64,000 bases of DNA from Bugula neritina (GCA_964035545.1 OZ037768.1:20815700-20879699), one strand, 5' to 3'; positions 23,550-38,500 are shown, counted from the stretch's first letter. The notes: generated by a model not told the origin, from the letters alone. Translations and numbers: made by a program.

Positions 23550-25293
23550 GTCTTGTAGACACGGGTGGGCACACAGCGACCCAACCTTTTCACCAGTATT
23601 AGTCTTGACTCCAAGGCTTCACTTTATACTCATTCAGACAGACAAAGCTGCTGGAGAGGAAATGACATCATGAGTTGTATTAATAAAGACATAATGATCT
23701 TTAATATATTAAGTATACAAGTAGTAATGAGGTGTGCATCATACGATAATATACTAATAGATTGACTATGGAATGCTCAGCAGATAATAAGAAGGTGTAT
23801 AACGTGTGAGCTACACGATTACATGCTCTATAATCATGACTGAAACTGTACACAGGCAACGTATTAGAGAAGGTGGCAGCAGCTACACATACAGTGCGAC
23901 AGCCACAACAGCTTCTTAGTAATGTTCTGGTAGTGACTCTACCGCCATTTTATGGGTTTCATAATATCAAAGAACATTTAAGATATGGCCGCCTCAGCCC
24001 ATTTCTTTCAGTTAGTAAGTCAGCTGTTAAACCTAATTACTTGAATAGAGTTAAGACTTTATAGGCACAATAGTGTGCCATATGGGCAATACTCAATCTC
24101 TTCTACACAATCTAATATAATAATATAATATAATACTAGGGAGTTATAGTTGTATAACAAAATATCAATACACAGAGACTTTGTAGCAAGGTATGAAACT
24201 AGTGTATTGGATAAAAACTTGCGCTATTTGTTTACATTTTACAAAATTTACATACAGACTAGGCATCACCTGAAGATTACACTGTATGCAGCTGAAATAT
24301 AGAGAGTTTCAAGTGTAGTTGTACTTGTACCACACATTGTGTGTTGCGTGAGATATGTAACTGTGACGTTTGCACATAGCTGTGGCAATGCGTACATGTA
24401 GTAATGTAGTGTATACATGTAGTAGCTGTAGTGTATACATGTAGTAGTTGTAGTGTATACATGTGTAGTAGAAACAGTCAAAATGATACAAACTGTTTAC
24501 TAATGTATATTCTACTCACACAGATATAACTTAACGAGGTGTCGAAGCTTCTCAAACTTCTCCTGAGGTGGTAATATCAACTCATAGTCACATCTACTAT
24601 CACAGGAATTGGGTTTCTTTACGTAACAACCAACTAGAACAATCCAAAGATCTGGTGATAAGATAGTAGCCAGTGGGGTAATATGTTTCATTACTCAAGC
24701 ATACGTGCCACCTGAAGTCAATGCTACCATTGAAAAAGCTAAAAATAGTCTTCGTTGAAAAAGGTTATCAATAAGCAAGTATTTTAATATCCTTTTGAAA
24801 AAGTCTTTATCTTTGATCATGAACATACAATATAATAGAAATAGAGTACAGCCAAGCCCCCTCATGTTAACAACTTCATTTTCATCAACACCATATAATA
24901 GTCTTCACACAAAAGATCCATGTTTGGAAATAGCTGAAATGCCCTGATGAATACGGAAGACTTTCATGTATACACTCCCTTTGTAAAATTCAAACAGATA
25001 ATTAAAAACTCAGGCTAAATAAAAAGTCTAGATGTCTTTGAGCATTTTTATAAACAAATTTTCAAAAAATCATGATCTAGAAAAAGTTTTGTGCTCCAAA
25101 AACATATTCCACAGGAGAACTAATGTTGCATTATCTCTCTTGCATATGCATGCCTTTACACAACCACATCTACTATGTATACATGTGCTCACAAAGTCTT
25201 AAAAACAAATTTTGACAGAGACTCTTGGTGCATAACTTCCTGGATAGAAGGCTGGACAGTAAAACATTGAAAGTAGTGGGTTGATGCCCTTAC

Positions 25294-25407
25294 GTAAGCA
25301 CATGTAAGCCCCATATAAGCACATGTAAGCCCAATATAAGCACATGTAAGCCCCATATAAGCACATGTAAGCCCAATATAAGCACATGCAAGCCCCATGT
25401 AAGCACA
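25294..25407. repeat. 21-bp minisatellite AGCACATGTAAGCCCCATATA
   Basis: About 5 copies. Confidence 0.9.
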
Positions 25408-27134
25408 ATAATCATTTTCATTTTTAAATCATTTGTAACAAATGTCTAATCTACTTAAAGTTTTAATGAAAATAGGAATTATTATGATGACAACTTAGAA
25501 AATAGCATTTGGATATCAGAACCTTTTCAGGTAATTTACCTGTATTTATATAAAAAAGAATCAGTTTCAAGACAACATAGGAACAACTAGATTAATAGTC
25601 AATTGTAGTATGCTATTATGGCTACTACTATAAATGCCATTATAATCATCACTATTTAATATTTGTCTAAATTGAAGTCACAATGATTATTTCAGTGCCT
25701 TAAACAAAGTGTAACAGCTAATTTCATTAGGCAAGGGAATAAATTTCAACAGTGACATCAATTTATTGCTATTTATAGAATACACTAAAAATTGAATAAA
25801 TTTTAATTATATATACATCATCAACTCAAATTTAATGAATTGGTCTATCCTTTGTTTGAACGGCTAAATTACGCATAACTTATAACATTGCTACATAATT
25901 TATATCAATGTTATACAATTTTTGCAAAAAAAACTATATTAATATGCAGATGAGTATTACAAGTACTGACTTGCACATAGTTTTAGTAAGCCATCTCAAA
26001 CTGATTCAAGTTCTTACTTGAATTGACTTGTATTGCTATACCTCACTTAACATTTCTGTTTGAACCATGACATTTACTAAGTAATAAACACTGACAATCA
26101 TTGCATTAATCCAACATGATTTTTAAACTCCGTTTCCAAATTTGCTACAATTTGAAGTGCAACTTGTTGTTAATACTAAAAGGAACAGACAGTAATACTC
26201 AAAATATGTAATATACAATTGTATTGGATGACTTGCAATTATCATTCAATCTCGTTACTGTCATCACTATCAATATGAATATGAATATCAAAATTAATAT
26301 GTCAAATTTATGATTCATAATTATCAATAATTAAATATTTCACATTTTTAGCAATAATATTTTATTTTATTTTTAACTTCAATTTTATGATTATTAGTAT
26401 TTGAACTTCAAGCATTATTGATTGGATAGTTATCAATTACCCAATATTATTTTCTGTAAAGTTTAAATGAATTTCCCTTCAAATTTTTTGCTTTAAATTT
26501 CTGCAACTTACAAATATGAAATCAAATAACTAACAGTAACTTAAGTAAAAAGTTAAAAATTAATCATGATCATGATGTGATAAGCCATTACTATTAGCTA
26601 TTAGGCCTAATACTTATAATAATTACAATTACTAATAGACAATAGTAATTACATTTATTACCCAGGAAAAAGTGCCAATCAAAATGCAGATGCTGAAGGC
26701 CAGTCCAGTGGCAATCACCATCATTAATGATTAATCATTATTATTATGACTATCAATTATCATCATGATCATGACATTCATTACCAGTATCACTACCAGT
26801 GCGGGTGCCAGTGGGCAGTGAGTAAACGCTGACTATGACTATGAGTATGACTATGAGTATCAGTATAAGTATGAATTATGACTTATGAGTATCAACATCA
26901 CCATGAGTCATGACCACCACAGTCATTGTCACCATGACCATCACTATCAGTATCATAATATTAATCAGTCATTGTCAAACTCAATCAGCATCATAATCAG
27001 TATCACAATGACAATCACAATATGAAGTGAATATGAATATGAATATCATCACATTTACGGTCACCCGTCACCATGACCAAAACCAAAGGCAACGCGAATT
27101 TCAGAGGCAAATGGCAAACATATATAAAATTAAC

Positions 27135-27480
27135 CTTAAAATTATGAATTTCTTTGCACATAACTTAGCTTGTAAATAAAATACCGTAAATTCCAAGGCG
27201 AGTTACGGTCCGAAAGTAATTATTCCTTGTACAGGTACTTGACAATGGTGTACAGGTAAACGGCTAGCCATTGTCAATACGGTTGGTATAGCCTTGACCC
27301 TTGGAGTAGCGCCTATTCAACAATCATTGCGATGAAAGAGTGCCGCTAGTTTATTACGCGGTAGATAACTCCAATAAATAGCATTGCTATACTTACATAG
27401 ATGTTTCTCCGTTATTGGCTAACTGCTAGCATAATATTATTATACTGATGGGGAAAATCTGGTGAATGTACGTAAAGTTA
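27135..27480 (-). promoter_or_regulatory. Probable distal promoter and 5' non-coding exon of the PCTAIRE kinase gene
   Basis: Local CpG enrichment in otherwise CpG-poor DNA. Minus-strand donor AAG|GTTAAT at 27134. Inverted TTGACAATGG/CCATTGTCAA pair at 27239-27277. Confidence 0.4.
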
Positions 27481-27751
27481 TATAAGAGAATCAGGGACCC
27501 TTTTTGGGTACCTTTTTAAATCATTTTAAACTGAAATTACTAAATTAACAGCTACTAATTGAAATTTTATAAAAATTAAGGATGCTCAACAATGTGCCAG
27601 TTTATATATCTATTTCAATCAGGAATCGCCATAAATGTTTTCAGTACCTACTAATTAAACAACTAATTAATTATAATATTCAATTTTCTAGTAGGGCCTA
27701 GTTACAATTATGAAGGTCACAACCTACTACGTCAGATAAAACTAGCTAGAG

Positions 27752-28079
27752 CAGGGCTGTCCCCAGGGCCAGATGTGGCCCCCAAAGGTATAACAAATAA
27801 AATTATTTTGCACACATACGGATTAGAGTAGAAAAACCACCTTCTTAATATGATCATATATACATATATTATACACAAACAGATTGCAATCTGGAGTAAT
27901 TAGAGGCCGACTTCGTTGTGTAATGTTTCATAGGAAGTTGGAATAAAGTTATTTAAAAATTACTGATGCGGTGTCCCCCCCCCCCAGCACAAGCTAAATT
28001 TTAAAATGTGGCCCTCACCATGGAATATTCCAATTCACCAATTCAGTGGCCATGGCTCTGAAAAGGTTGGACATCCTTG
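27752..28079. mobile_element. Non-autonomous hAT (Charlie-like) DNA transposon / MITE
   Basis: Imperfect TIRs CAGGGCTGTCC / GGACATCCTTG, internal TGTGGCCC repeats, and an 8-bp TSD AGCTAGAG / AGCTAGTG (7/8 match) containing CTAG. Confidence 0.7.
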
Positions 28080-28687
28080 AGCTAGTGTAATGACTATCAA
28101 GCAGCAAGTAGCAAAGCAAGAACAGATTATTGACATAGTGTTAGAGAGATGTGCAGACAACCTCCCCCCCACCTGCACACACACACAAGACTTAGACACA
28201 CTACTACAGACAGTGGAATCTATTTTATTACCTTGGAGACTGTTAGAGTAATTTATGAAAACATAACTACTGTTATTCTTACTGAGCTGTGTCTTGGTAA
28301 TATGTTATAATATTATACATTGTGGTGGATGGATGTTATTTCTCTTGTTAGAAGCTTCTTAGTGCAATGACTTTGTCTTTAGCTGGTATAGATAAATCCT
28401 GTTTAACTCAAGATATCTTTAAACACTTATACAGCAATTGAAAAAATCACCAATTCTAATAAAATGGCCCATTAATTTAAAAATACATATAAGAAGGGCT
28501 GTAAAGCAATCTATTACCCTAACTGTTAAAATTCATGAAGCACTTCAAGCAAGCATTGTTATTGATAAACTGTTTGGCATATATTAACATTTATTTATGC
28601 CTTTACTTTTGCATACCTTTATGTCATATATATCATTATATATTATATATGAGTATATAAAACTCATATTTGTTTTTAAAGTCCATA

Positions 28688-28884
28688 TATCCCTGTGTGA
28701 ACCCCTAACGGTAAGAGAGCTCTAAGTGGTCTAAGAAATTGTTTCTACTATGCAGGGACACAGGAGTAATAATTATACTCAAATGCCGGTCAGCTGACAT
28801 CACCTTTGACCTTTAACCTAGATTCAAACTCATGACCTTGTGTTTACTAAGCCAGTGCGTTAACCCCTAGACCATGGTTGCTCC
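28688..28884 (-). mobile_element. Diverged copy of the same tRNA-SINE family
   Basis: Shares atccctgtg.gaacccct, cacaggag, catgacctt.gtgtttact and taacccctagacca.ggttgctcc with the full-length copies. Confidence 0.75.
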
Positions 28885-29852
28885 ATATTATATAATATTA
28901 TAATATATTAAATTATATTATATTATATTATACTATATTATACTATATTACGTATCCTATATAATAATATAATATATTATATGTTATATATAAGCATGTG
29001 TATGTATAAGATATATTTGATAAATAATAAAATAAACAACCAATGACTATTTTTACAATTATAAGCAATAATATTCATTATTTTGACTTATTTTTAAATT
29101 GTCTCCCCTTTAGTCATTTATGACTGCAGTATATGTTTACACATGTTGATAATTTGAAGATAAAAAAGCATATAATAGCAGACATGAGCTCCTAATGTCT
29201 ATCGTGATTGGATACATCATTGTATACATTACTCACAAACTGTATAATACACTCACACTGCTTAATATAAAGTTATTATCAGCATAGGAATTCTCTTCGG
29301 ATACTAAAGTTAGAGATAATAATTTTGATTACAAGTCAAGCCGATTTAGGTGGTTGAAATCACAGAGCTGATGAATCAGAAACTGATCTTTGACACAGTG
29401 ACTCAGTGAGTGAGTTATCACTTTACCATCATCACAAGCAGCTGACAGAAAAACAAGAAGCAACTGTGGTAAGTTGCTAACTTTTCTTACTATGAATTCG
29501 TTTTTAAACGAATAAAAGAGAATGAAATTGGTGCATATAATGGTCATTGTTGTAATCCTTAAAACTATACAAAAAGACATAATAATATAAGAGCAATTTG
29601 CTAAGTTGTAGTTCAACTATCCAACATGCAAATCTGCATAAGTTTAATATAAAGTGTTGGGGTTTTATAAGAATGGCAATCTTAAAACTGAGCAAATTCG
29701 TAAATATAGACTGTTTAATTGAGCAAATCTTTAGAGCATCTTGTACATAATTATTTCAGTTTAAAATTGTTAGGAATGAAACAGTCAACCAGTATGATAA
29801 ACTGAAACTTAATCATAATGCAAGTCCTCAAGTAATGTTACTTAAGTTACCT

Positions 29853-30859
29853 ACACTAGTGAGTAGGGTATGAGGATACATTAGTGAGTAGGTTATGAGG
29901 ATATACTGGTGAGTAGGGTATGAGGATACACTAGTGAGTAGGGTATGAGGATATATTAGTGAGTAGGGTATGAGGATACACTAGTGAGTAGGGTATGAGG
30001 ATATATTAGTGAGTAGGGTATGAGGATACATTAGTGAGTAGGTTATGAGGATATACTGGTGAGTAGGGTATGAGGATATACTGGTAGGTAGGGTATGAGG
30101 ATACACTAGTGAGTAGGGTATGAGGATACACTAGTGAGTAGGGTATGAGGATATACTAGTGAGTAGGGTATGAGGATACACTAGTGAGTAGGGTATGAGG
30201 ATATACTAGTGAGTAGGGTATGAGGATACACTAGTGAGTAGGGTATGAGGATATATTAGTGAGTAGGGTATGAGGATACATTAGTGAGTAGGTTATGAGG
30301 ATATACTGGTGAGTAGGGTATGAGGATATACTGGTAGGTAGGGTATGAGGATACACTAGTGAGTAGGGTATGAGGATACACTAGTGAGTAGGGTATGAGG
30401 ATATACTAGTGAGTAGGGTATGAGGATACACTAGTGAGTAGGGTATGAGGATATACTAGTGAGTAGGGTATGAGGATACACTAGTGAGTAGGGTATGAGG
30501 ATATACTAGTGAGTAGGGTATGAGAATACATTAGTGAGTAGGTTATGAGGATACATTAGTGAGTAGGTTATGAGGATATATTAGTGAGTAGGTTATGAGG
30601 ATACATTAGTGAGTAGGGTATGAGGATATATTAGTGAGTAGGGTATGAGGATATACTAGTGAGTAGGGTATGAGGATACACTAGTGAGTAGGGTATGAGG
30701 ATATACTAGTGAGTAGGGTATGAGGATATACTAGTGAGTAGGGTATGAGGATACACTAGTGAGTAGGGTATGAGGATATATTAGTGAGTAGGGTATGAGG
30801 ATACACACTAGTGAGTAGGGTATGAGGATACACACTAGTGAGTAGGGTATGAGGATACA
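29853..30859. repeat. 25-bp intergenic minisatellite TAGTGAGTAGGGTATGAGGATAYAY with 250-bp higher-order structure
   Basis: About 40 copies. The variant CTGGTAGGTA recurs at 30081 and 30331. Confidence 0.95.
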
Positions 30860-32278
30860 GAACAATGATGCATTTATAACAGTACTACTGATAAAACAGA
30901 TTAAAAATTAAATTTTCACTATTTTAAGCACTGTAGGCTTCTCATCTTTTTACTATTATAACTGCAGTTGTTGAGAGTTGAAAGGTGCACACAAGAATGT
31001 CTTTGTTTTACACAAAACAACGGCTTTAGGTAAATTCGCCTATATACTGTTAAGCTAAATAAGATTGCACTGTAATATGGTATAATCTGTAAAATTATAT
31101 TGTAATTGTTATTTTTGTTGACCTAAAAGTGAAATAATAGATACTCTGTCATAATTACTTTAGTTTTCCTCTAAATGATTTTTATAATGAAATTATTGGT
31201 TTATATGTAATGTATGCATGGAAATTATATTTAGTGTTAGCTATATAAACATTTCACTACTAGTTAAAAATGGTTTTGGCGATGCATCATTGATTCCACG
31301 TAAAGAAATATTTTATCTGGTGGTAAAGAAATGTTAATTGCTTACTATCTATAACTAGAAAGTGTATATAGCACCTTCTATAGTAATAGAATGGGCATAA
31401 CATAGCATAGCTCTAAGAGCCACTGTATGAACTCAGTTTTGTACTTTCACAATTTTTTATAATATTTCTGTATCATTGTTACCGTCGAATTACAGTTTGA
31501 TATGAAGTGAAACAATTTAAGAGTATTTACAATAAATCTTACTCATTTTACCTTAAATTAAATGTGTGAATTTAAATTTATCTAATTTAAAACTCATTGC
31601 AATTTTGTAAATAACAAAATTTAAAAAAGAGCTGAAAATTCGAAATAGTTATTAGGACACATATTTAATGATTATTAGATGACTTTTTTAGTTTTGTTTT
31701 GTAATAATTGCTGGCTATCTAGAATATAAATTTGAATAGTTTAACTATTTGGTCTCTATTATATATAGATACAATTGCACTAGGGACAAAACAGATCAAG
31801 TAATGATAATTGTGTTTCCATGTGATGTTATAAGAGGTTTCCTGTTGTAAAAATAGATCTTTATACATCATTTAAAGATCCATAATAAGAAATTCAGATA
31901 ATATTAGAAATTCTCAAGCTCTTCTGGAGTATTTTATCTGACTATTTAATAATTTACTTTGTACACAATTTAGATGTTCATAAGTATTTGAATACTGTCT
32001 TAACCAACACTCAGAGGATAGCTGGGTATAATATATATTCATATGATGATAACGCAGGAATACACTGTGAAGTGACAGAAGAATGAATGGCTTATAAAAC
32101 GTACTATTATAATTACATTTTCAAGTTAGTTATACTCTGCATCTAAAGTTTTAAAAAAGAAATGTTTTATAAGGATTAGAATACCAAAAACACATTTTTG
32201 TGCAAGTTTTCAATTTGCAGTCAGAACGCTAAAACAATTACACTGTATAGGCAAATAATAATCTAAGGTTATGTATAA

Positions 32279-32281
32279 CGC

Positions 32282-32374
<93 letters not shown>

Positions 32375-32391
32375 CTCGCGAACACACACAC
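32279..32391. repeat. Compound (CA)n/(GCAC)n microsatellite
   Basis: Direct inspection. Confidence 0.95.
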
Positions 32392-35028
32392 AGTATTTTG
32401 AAACTTGAAATGATAATATTATGCATAGCTTAAATGAGTGCAAATGAGTGTAAATTGATGGCAGATACAGGTAAAATTTACCAAAGATAATTGCATACGT
32501 AAAGTACTTTCACATCAACAAGCTGAATGTCAGTATTCTACCAGAGCCCCTTCATAAGCCTGTTAAACGAAACTTCTGATGAATAATGTTTATATAGAAT
32601 GTTTCATAGAGTGAGCTAGCAAATGTCAATAGCATACGTCTGGCAAACAACAATATATTTGCTCTGCCTACAGAAGCATAGTTGTCTTCAAACATATCAT
32701 ATATTAATATTATTTGATCTACATGTAAGTGATAAAGAAGTCTTCGTCAAAACAAGTTTCTCTTACGTTTATCAAAAAAATGCATGACCAACTTTAATTG
32801 AATATGTTAGTATAATGTATCATTTTTAACAAATATCACTTGTTTGATTAGATATAAGTAGCTAGTGCAATTTATAGTCTTATATTAAAAGCTTGATGTT
32901 GGTTTAAAACAAACAACAATCTTTACTTTTTTTAGATTTTTGTACTATTAAAAATGTTTTTAGGATATGAAATCTTACAAGAAAGAGAAGTCCATTTCAA
33001 ATAAATAAAAGATTATTATTAATTGAATCTGTCTATACTGTATCAATTCATGAGATGATTGCGTGGGTGGATTTCTTATTAATATAAGCATAAGCAAATT
33101 AGTTTTGATAATTGACTATATATTGACTATATAGGCTATGCATCCCCAAGTTTTGCATGAATATACTGCAAATCATAAACGCAAAGCATATTTTTCTTCT
33201 AAGAAAATTATGTAATACATTGTTTCACAAACTTCCTAGGTGCAGTATGTAGGCTGGAACATTCTAGAATGCTATCATGACACCCACATAAGTATATACA
33301 TTTGCGTACAAGTATATGATGTAAGTAGCTCTTGTATGTAAGGTGTGTGTACATATGTAGTGTAAGTATATGTACACACAGCTAAGAATGTTTATTCAAA
33401 ACGTAAACTTACTCAATGACTCTCATTGGTGCAGTTCATTAGAAAGGGAAATTGTTTATAGAGGTCAATTGTATGGGATGTGTCAGTCTGAAGTCAAGTC
33501 AGTGTGTATGTTCATATATAATGTAGACCAACGGTTAATATGATATATGTTTAGAATTTAGATGGTATTTGTAAGATATATTATAAACTAACCTTTACAA
33601 ATTATGCAGCATTTATATTGTGATATACTTATTACATATATGATATAACACATTCAGTAATATATTTATTTTTTCATATAACATAGTAAGTAGGTATTGG
33701 TTTGCTGATGGTGCAGAAACACTGCAGAGCCTAAAGCTAAAAGTGTTTCTTCTGCTAAATAATCATTTATTTCATTAATTGACATGAGTAACCTGTTATG
33801 ATATTATGTTTGTAAATATATATACTTCCTCAAAGGTTGTAATTAGTCTAACTCTAACATGTTAGCTGCTATTAGTCTAAACTCTTAGTGATTTATTTAC
33901 CTATCAATGTTATTGTCATCCATAACCCACAGACATTTGTACAAAAGTATTGTTTTTTACTTTAGTTCTGGTCTCCACTTATTTAACATAATATTAGCAA
34001 TGTTGGCATATTGCAGTTTTTTGTCCTTTCTTGCAATATGCCTGTACTAGTAGTTCAGCTAAATAAATAAATGAATAAAAAACTGTTTATATTAAATAAA
34101 ATTGTTATGCCACAAAACAGTTTCATCTATTAAGGTTCTTCCGTATTTAGACATTTATATACAAACAGACAGAATTATTTTTGACTAACAATTGCATGGT
34201 TGAGTGAGCTAGTGAATTTTAAAACACCATACTGCTCACACTGTCAGCAATGTAGGTTCAGCTAGCCCCTCCTATGCAGCGGTTAGATTGGCACGATCTG
34301 ATTGGCTGATATGTGTATTCATATCTTCCTCCGGCAGCAACATTTGCTACTATCCGAATGCTTCTGTCATCACAATTCAGATTTTCTGATGGCTGGTTTC
34401 CATCATGGCCAGGAAACATCCAATTGTGGAAGTACATATTATGGATAAGTTGTTTTTCCATTAGCTCGATACTATTCGATTCTAGATGTCTCACACTAAA
34501 GTTAAAAAGACAGAGAACATTAATGCAACAGCTAGACCTAATGCCTTCATTTTCACACTATACTAGAGTTACTTAGCTTGTCCCCTCCCCCATGAGTGTT
34601 GATTTTTCTCCCCTCCATAAGTGTTGATGCTGTCAGATAACATTTGAATGAAAAGCTACAAGACTAATCGCTTCAACAAACCAGCCACACCTGTACAACC
34701 TGCTCTAAAGAACTTGCTTAACAAAACATTGTCTAGACCTGGAATATATATTATACTTTATACTAACATGTGAAGTATCATTCAATAGAAGGATAGTAGA
34801 CCCTTTGAATGGTGTTATTTACAACTTTTTAACCAGCATTTAGTCTACAAAAACTGCTTTATTTAGTTATTAGTTTGTTAATTTAATTTTGAATGACTTT
34901 ATGCGTGAAAGGAATTATAACAAAGATGCTTTCATGTTATCTAACCAGTTAAGTCTATTTGTTTGCAAATCCAACATCTTATATTTCTCTCTTTATGATT
35001 TTGTGTTTATAGAATTCACAGATCTAAT

Positions 35029-35497
35029 ATGAATGCCATGAATCCTCTGGAGCTCACAGTAATACTCATGATTTTGATCATAGTCACTCACTTTCAGTCA
35101 GTTAACTCTGAGTCATACTACGACTACTACGCAGAGTCAGATGACCCTTGTCCTACGAGCGCTGATGACAAAATGTTGGCCTGTCAGCGGTACACAAGCT
35201 GTAGCAAGTGTAATACCACGGTGACTAACTGCTACTGTGACTCAGTCTGTTCGTACTACGGAGACTGTTGTGAGGACACGCAGTATTTCAGCAGCTCACC
35301 TCCTTTCAGCGTAGAGCCGGATACAGTGGCGTGTCAAGAACGAGTGATGAATAACATCAGAGTGCATGTGGCAGTCATTACCAGGTGCCCTTCAAGTGCT
35401 TCACAAAGTGCCATCAACAACTGTGCAAGTAATGGTAAGTTGCATATATGTATATATATATAGGTTATTATAAGTTATCTCAGCATATATATGACAT

Positions 35498-35586
<89 letters not shown>

Positions 35587-38500
35587 CATATATTACCTTC
35601 AATATGGATTATACATTACATATAATATACGATACATCCTGCTACCCAAACAGGACAAAGCGGAGATAGGTGAGAAAAAAATGATGTCTGATACATATAA
35701 ATTAAGCAATACATGTAGTGAGACGCATATAATAATTCAAATTCGGCTCAGCTTCAAGCATTATAAATAATTGTGTTATAATATTATGTGAATGTTTTTT
35801 AGTAATTAAATTTTAAAATTTTGCAAAAAAAATTTTGGAAACCAAAAATATACAATAAATGATATACATATACAAGTAACAAAGTGATCAATATTTTTGT
35901 TTCAAATTTTCACGCATAATTTAATCTAAATTCATAAGTCCATTGCTATGTTTTACACCAGATAAATGAACTTTAAAAAATGTTTTATAGAAAAGAGGGG
36001 GCAGTTCAAATTAATGTAAAGAGAACCTTAAAATTATATACATATACATATACATTCACTCTTCAACACATGAGAAGGAATACATATACAACATATTCTA
36101 CTGCAGATATTTCACTGCTGGTACGAGGCAACCACTCTGGACTCATATATGCTAACCAATACTGCGCACAGTGTTACGGGGAGGATGACACCCACCCCCT
36201 AACTGTTGAAGTACAGTGTTTCCCACCTGAGGCTAATCTAGCAGAAAGCAGTACATCTGTGGAGCCAACAGCAGACAGCTTAGCTGTCATTCTCTATCAA
36301 CTACTAGCAGTTGGTAGTTACTCTGGGTGAGTTAATATACTCTACTATAACTACTAACAGTTGCTAGTTATTTTGGGTGAGTTAATATCGAGGTAAGTGC
36401 AGTAACAGATGAATTGGAAGAAGCAATTGTATTCTAAATGAAAAACTAGGAAGAGCCCCAAACCATGCCTCAAACTAAAATTCATAAAGATAATTAAAGA
36501 ACTTAGACTATTCAAATGTCTCTAGTTTTGCACCTAAAAGGATTTGCTCCGATAAATGTATAAATAGGTATAAATATGATAAAAGCCATAAAAATTTCAC
36601 AGATACTGAACATGAATATGTTTATTAAATAAATTATTTTAAGCCTAACTATTCATGTAGACGAGTAGAGGTCGATTAAAGGTCGCGGTATGTAAAAAGA
36701 GCCCCAATTAGCAAGAACTGCATAATGTTTATATTTAGAAATACCAGTAAGCTTTAAAAATATACAACTGTATAATAGTTTATACTAAGTTAGATATTTT
36801 AGAGCTTTGGTATTTCATTTATATCAACATATTGCTCAGACCTGTCTAAGCATACAATCAGCAACTGTTGACTCTAAGCATAAAGAATGCTCATAGGAAC
36901 TGCGCTGCTAGTAAAATTTGTTAGCAAGAGTTGCTCTTTGATGACTCATAACTGATTCCAATTTTTTATATTTTGATACAAAATTGTTGAAATATGTTGA
37001 TGGATTTAAAAGATTAATAGTTAGGAAACTGTTTTGTCTAAAGTTTATCTAAGAATTTATTAGCTAAAAAGTCTGCAATGCATTTGTAAACTACAATTTT
37101 TCTTGATTTCACAAAATGTTGACTGTGCATGAGAATTAAATGAGTGTTTCTATTTTAACTGGCATATGTATTTAATGTAAATTTTCTTATACAACATTTC
37201 AGAAAAACACATTTTTTGTTTTATGGCTACAGTTTAGCTGATCAGAAAAATTGTTTACTACTTTCATTTGGTAGTTGTATGAAGGCTTTTCTAAAATAAT
37301 GCATCAGCTAATGGCTGACAGACACAATTCACAGTAAATGCGGAGAGTTGCAAAGCTACTTTTGCTCTCAAACATGCAGAAAATACCTACACGGCCAACT
37401 GTATTAATACAGGGTGGTGTGGGTCTTCATTTTGTTTATTTTTTAAAAGAATTGAGAAAAGGTAAAGTATCAATAATTAAGAAAGTTAGGACCATAATTG
37501 GCCCACTGCTTTGTATACATAACCTGTTGCAAAGAAACATCAGCTGTAGATGGACTCCAGAATGTTAACTTTTTATCAAAAGAAAAAAGCTTTCCACTAA
37601 TATTTTTTTAGCATTTTGCAGCATCAAACCACCAAGCATACTAGTTACATCTTTAGTCAGATGTATCAATATGCTGAAAATTTTTTATTTAAAATCATGC
37701 AGTATAAACAAGAACAGAAGTGGGAGTAATTTAAAAAAGAATTTGTTACTCACCTTTTTGCACAAATCCGAGCTGTGTAGAGTTTAGTAAATAAAGTTTA
37801 GTAAATAAAGTTTAGTAAATAGAGTTTAGTAAATAAAAAGCAGGACGTGATGTAATTCAATATGCTGACTGCACTATGCCTTTGCAGCATCGATGGAGTG
37901 AACTGTTATCTACACTACCAGGCAATGAGCCCAGACTACAAAGTAACCTACAGGAGTTGTAATCCCAACCTCCAATCCTCATGTCCATCCAACATGCTAG
38001 GAACGACTATAGATGACGAATGTAGAAATAGCCCAGTGAGTTATGTTTATGAAGAAACAAGATCTGGTACTATTGGTTTAACAGCTTACAGGTTAGTTTC
38101 AGAAAAAGTTTTCTCTTTATAATCAGATAAAGAATCTATTTTACAAATATCGCTAGTCCTAGTACAAGCACAACCATGCACTTGATTTGCTTCAAATATG
38201 AGCTCATATTAATTTTTCTACTTATTGTAAATAGTAAAAAGTTTAAGTACAAGTCTAGTTATCTTCAGAAATGTGATGCAATCTGCTTCAACTTAGGGCT
38301 AGTTGTAACTATTTAATCAAGAATTATTCATTTCTATCAAGTTTTTCTGGCAGTAAACTTTGATTTTAAGTTCTAAAAACACGCAGAAACAATTTTAAAG
38401 CAGTCAAATTTTGAATAGTGAAGGTTAATTTTGGTGCTGCTCAATAACCAGTCATGAATGTAGGGTTGAGATTACCCAGTAGCCCTTGTAGTGTAACAGT

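Noticed and set aside
29853-30859. CRISPR-like appearance of this and other regular arrays
   Set aside because: Head-to-tail units with no unique spacers, eukaryotic context, and no cas genes.
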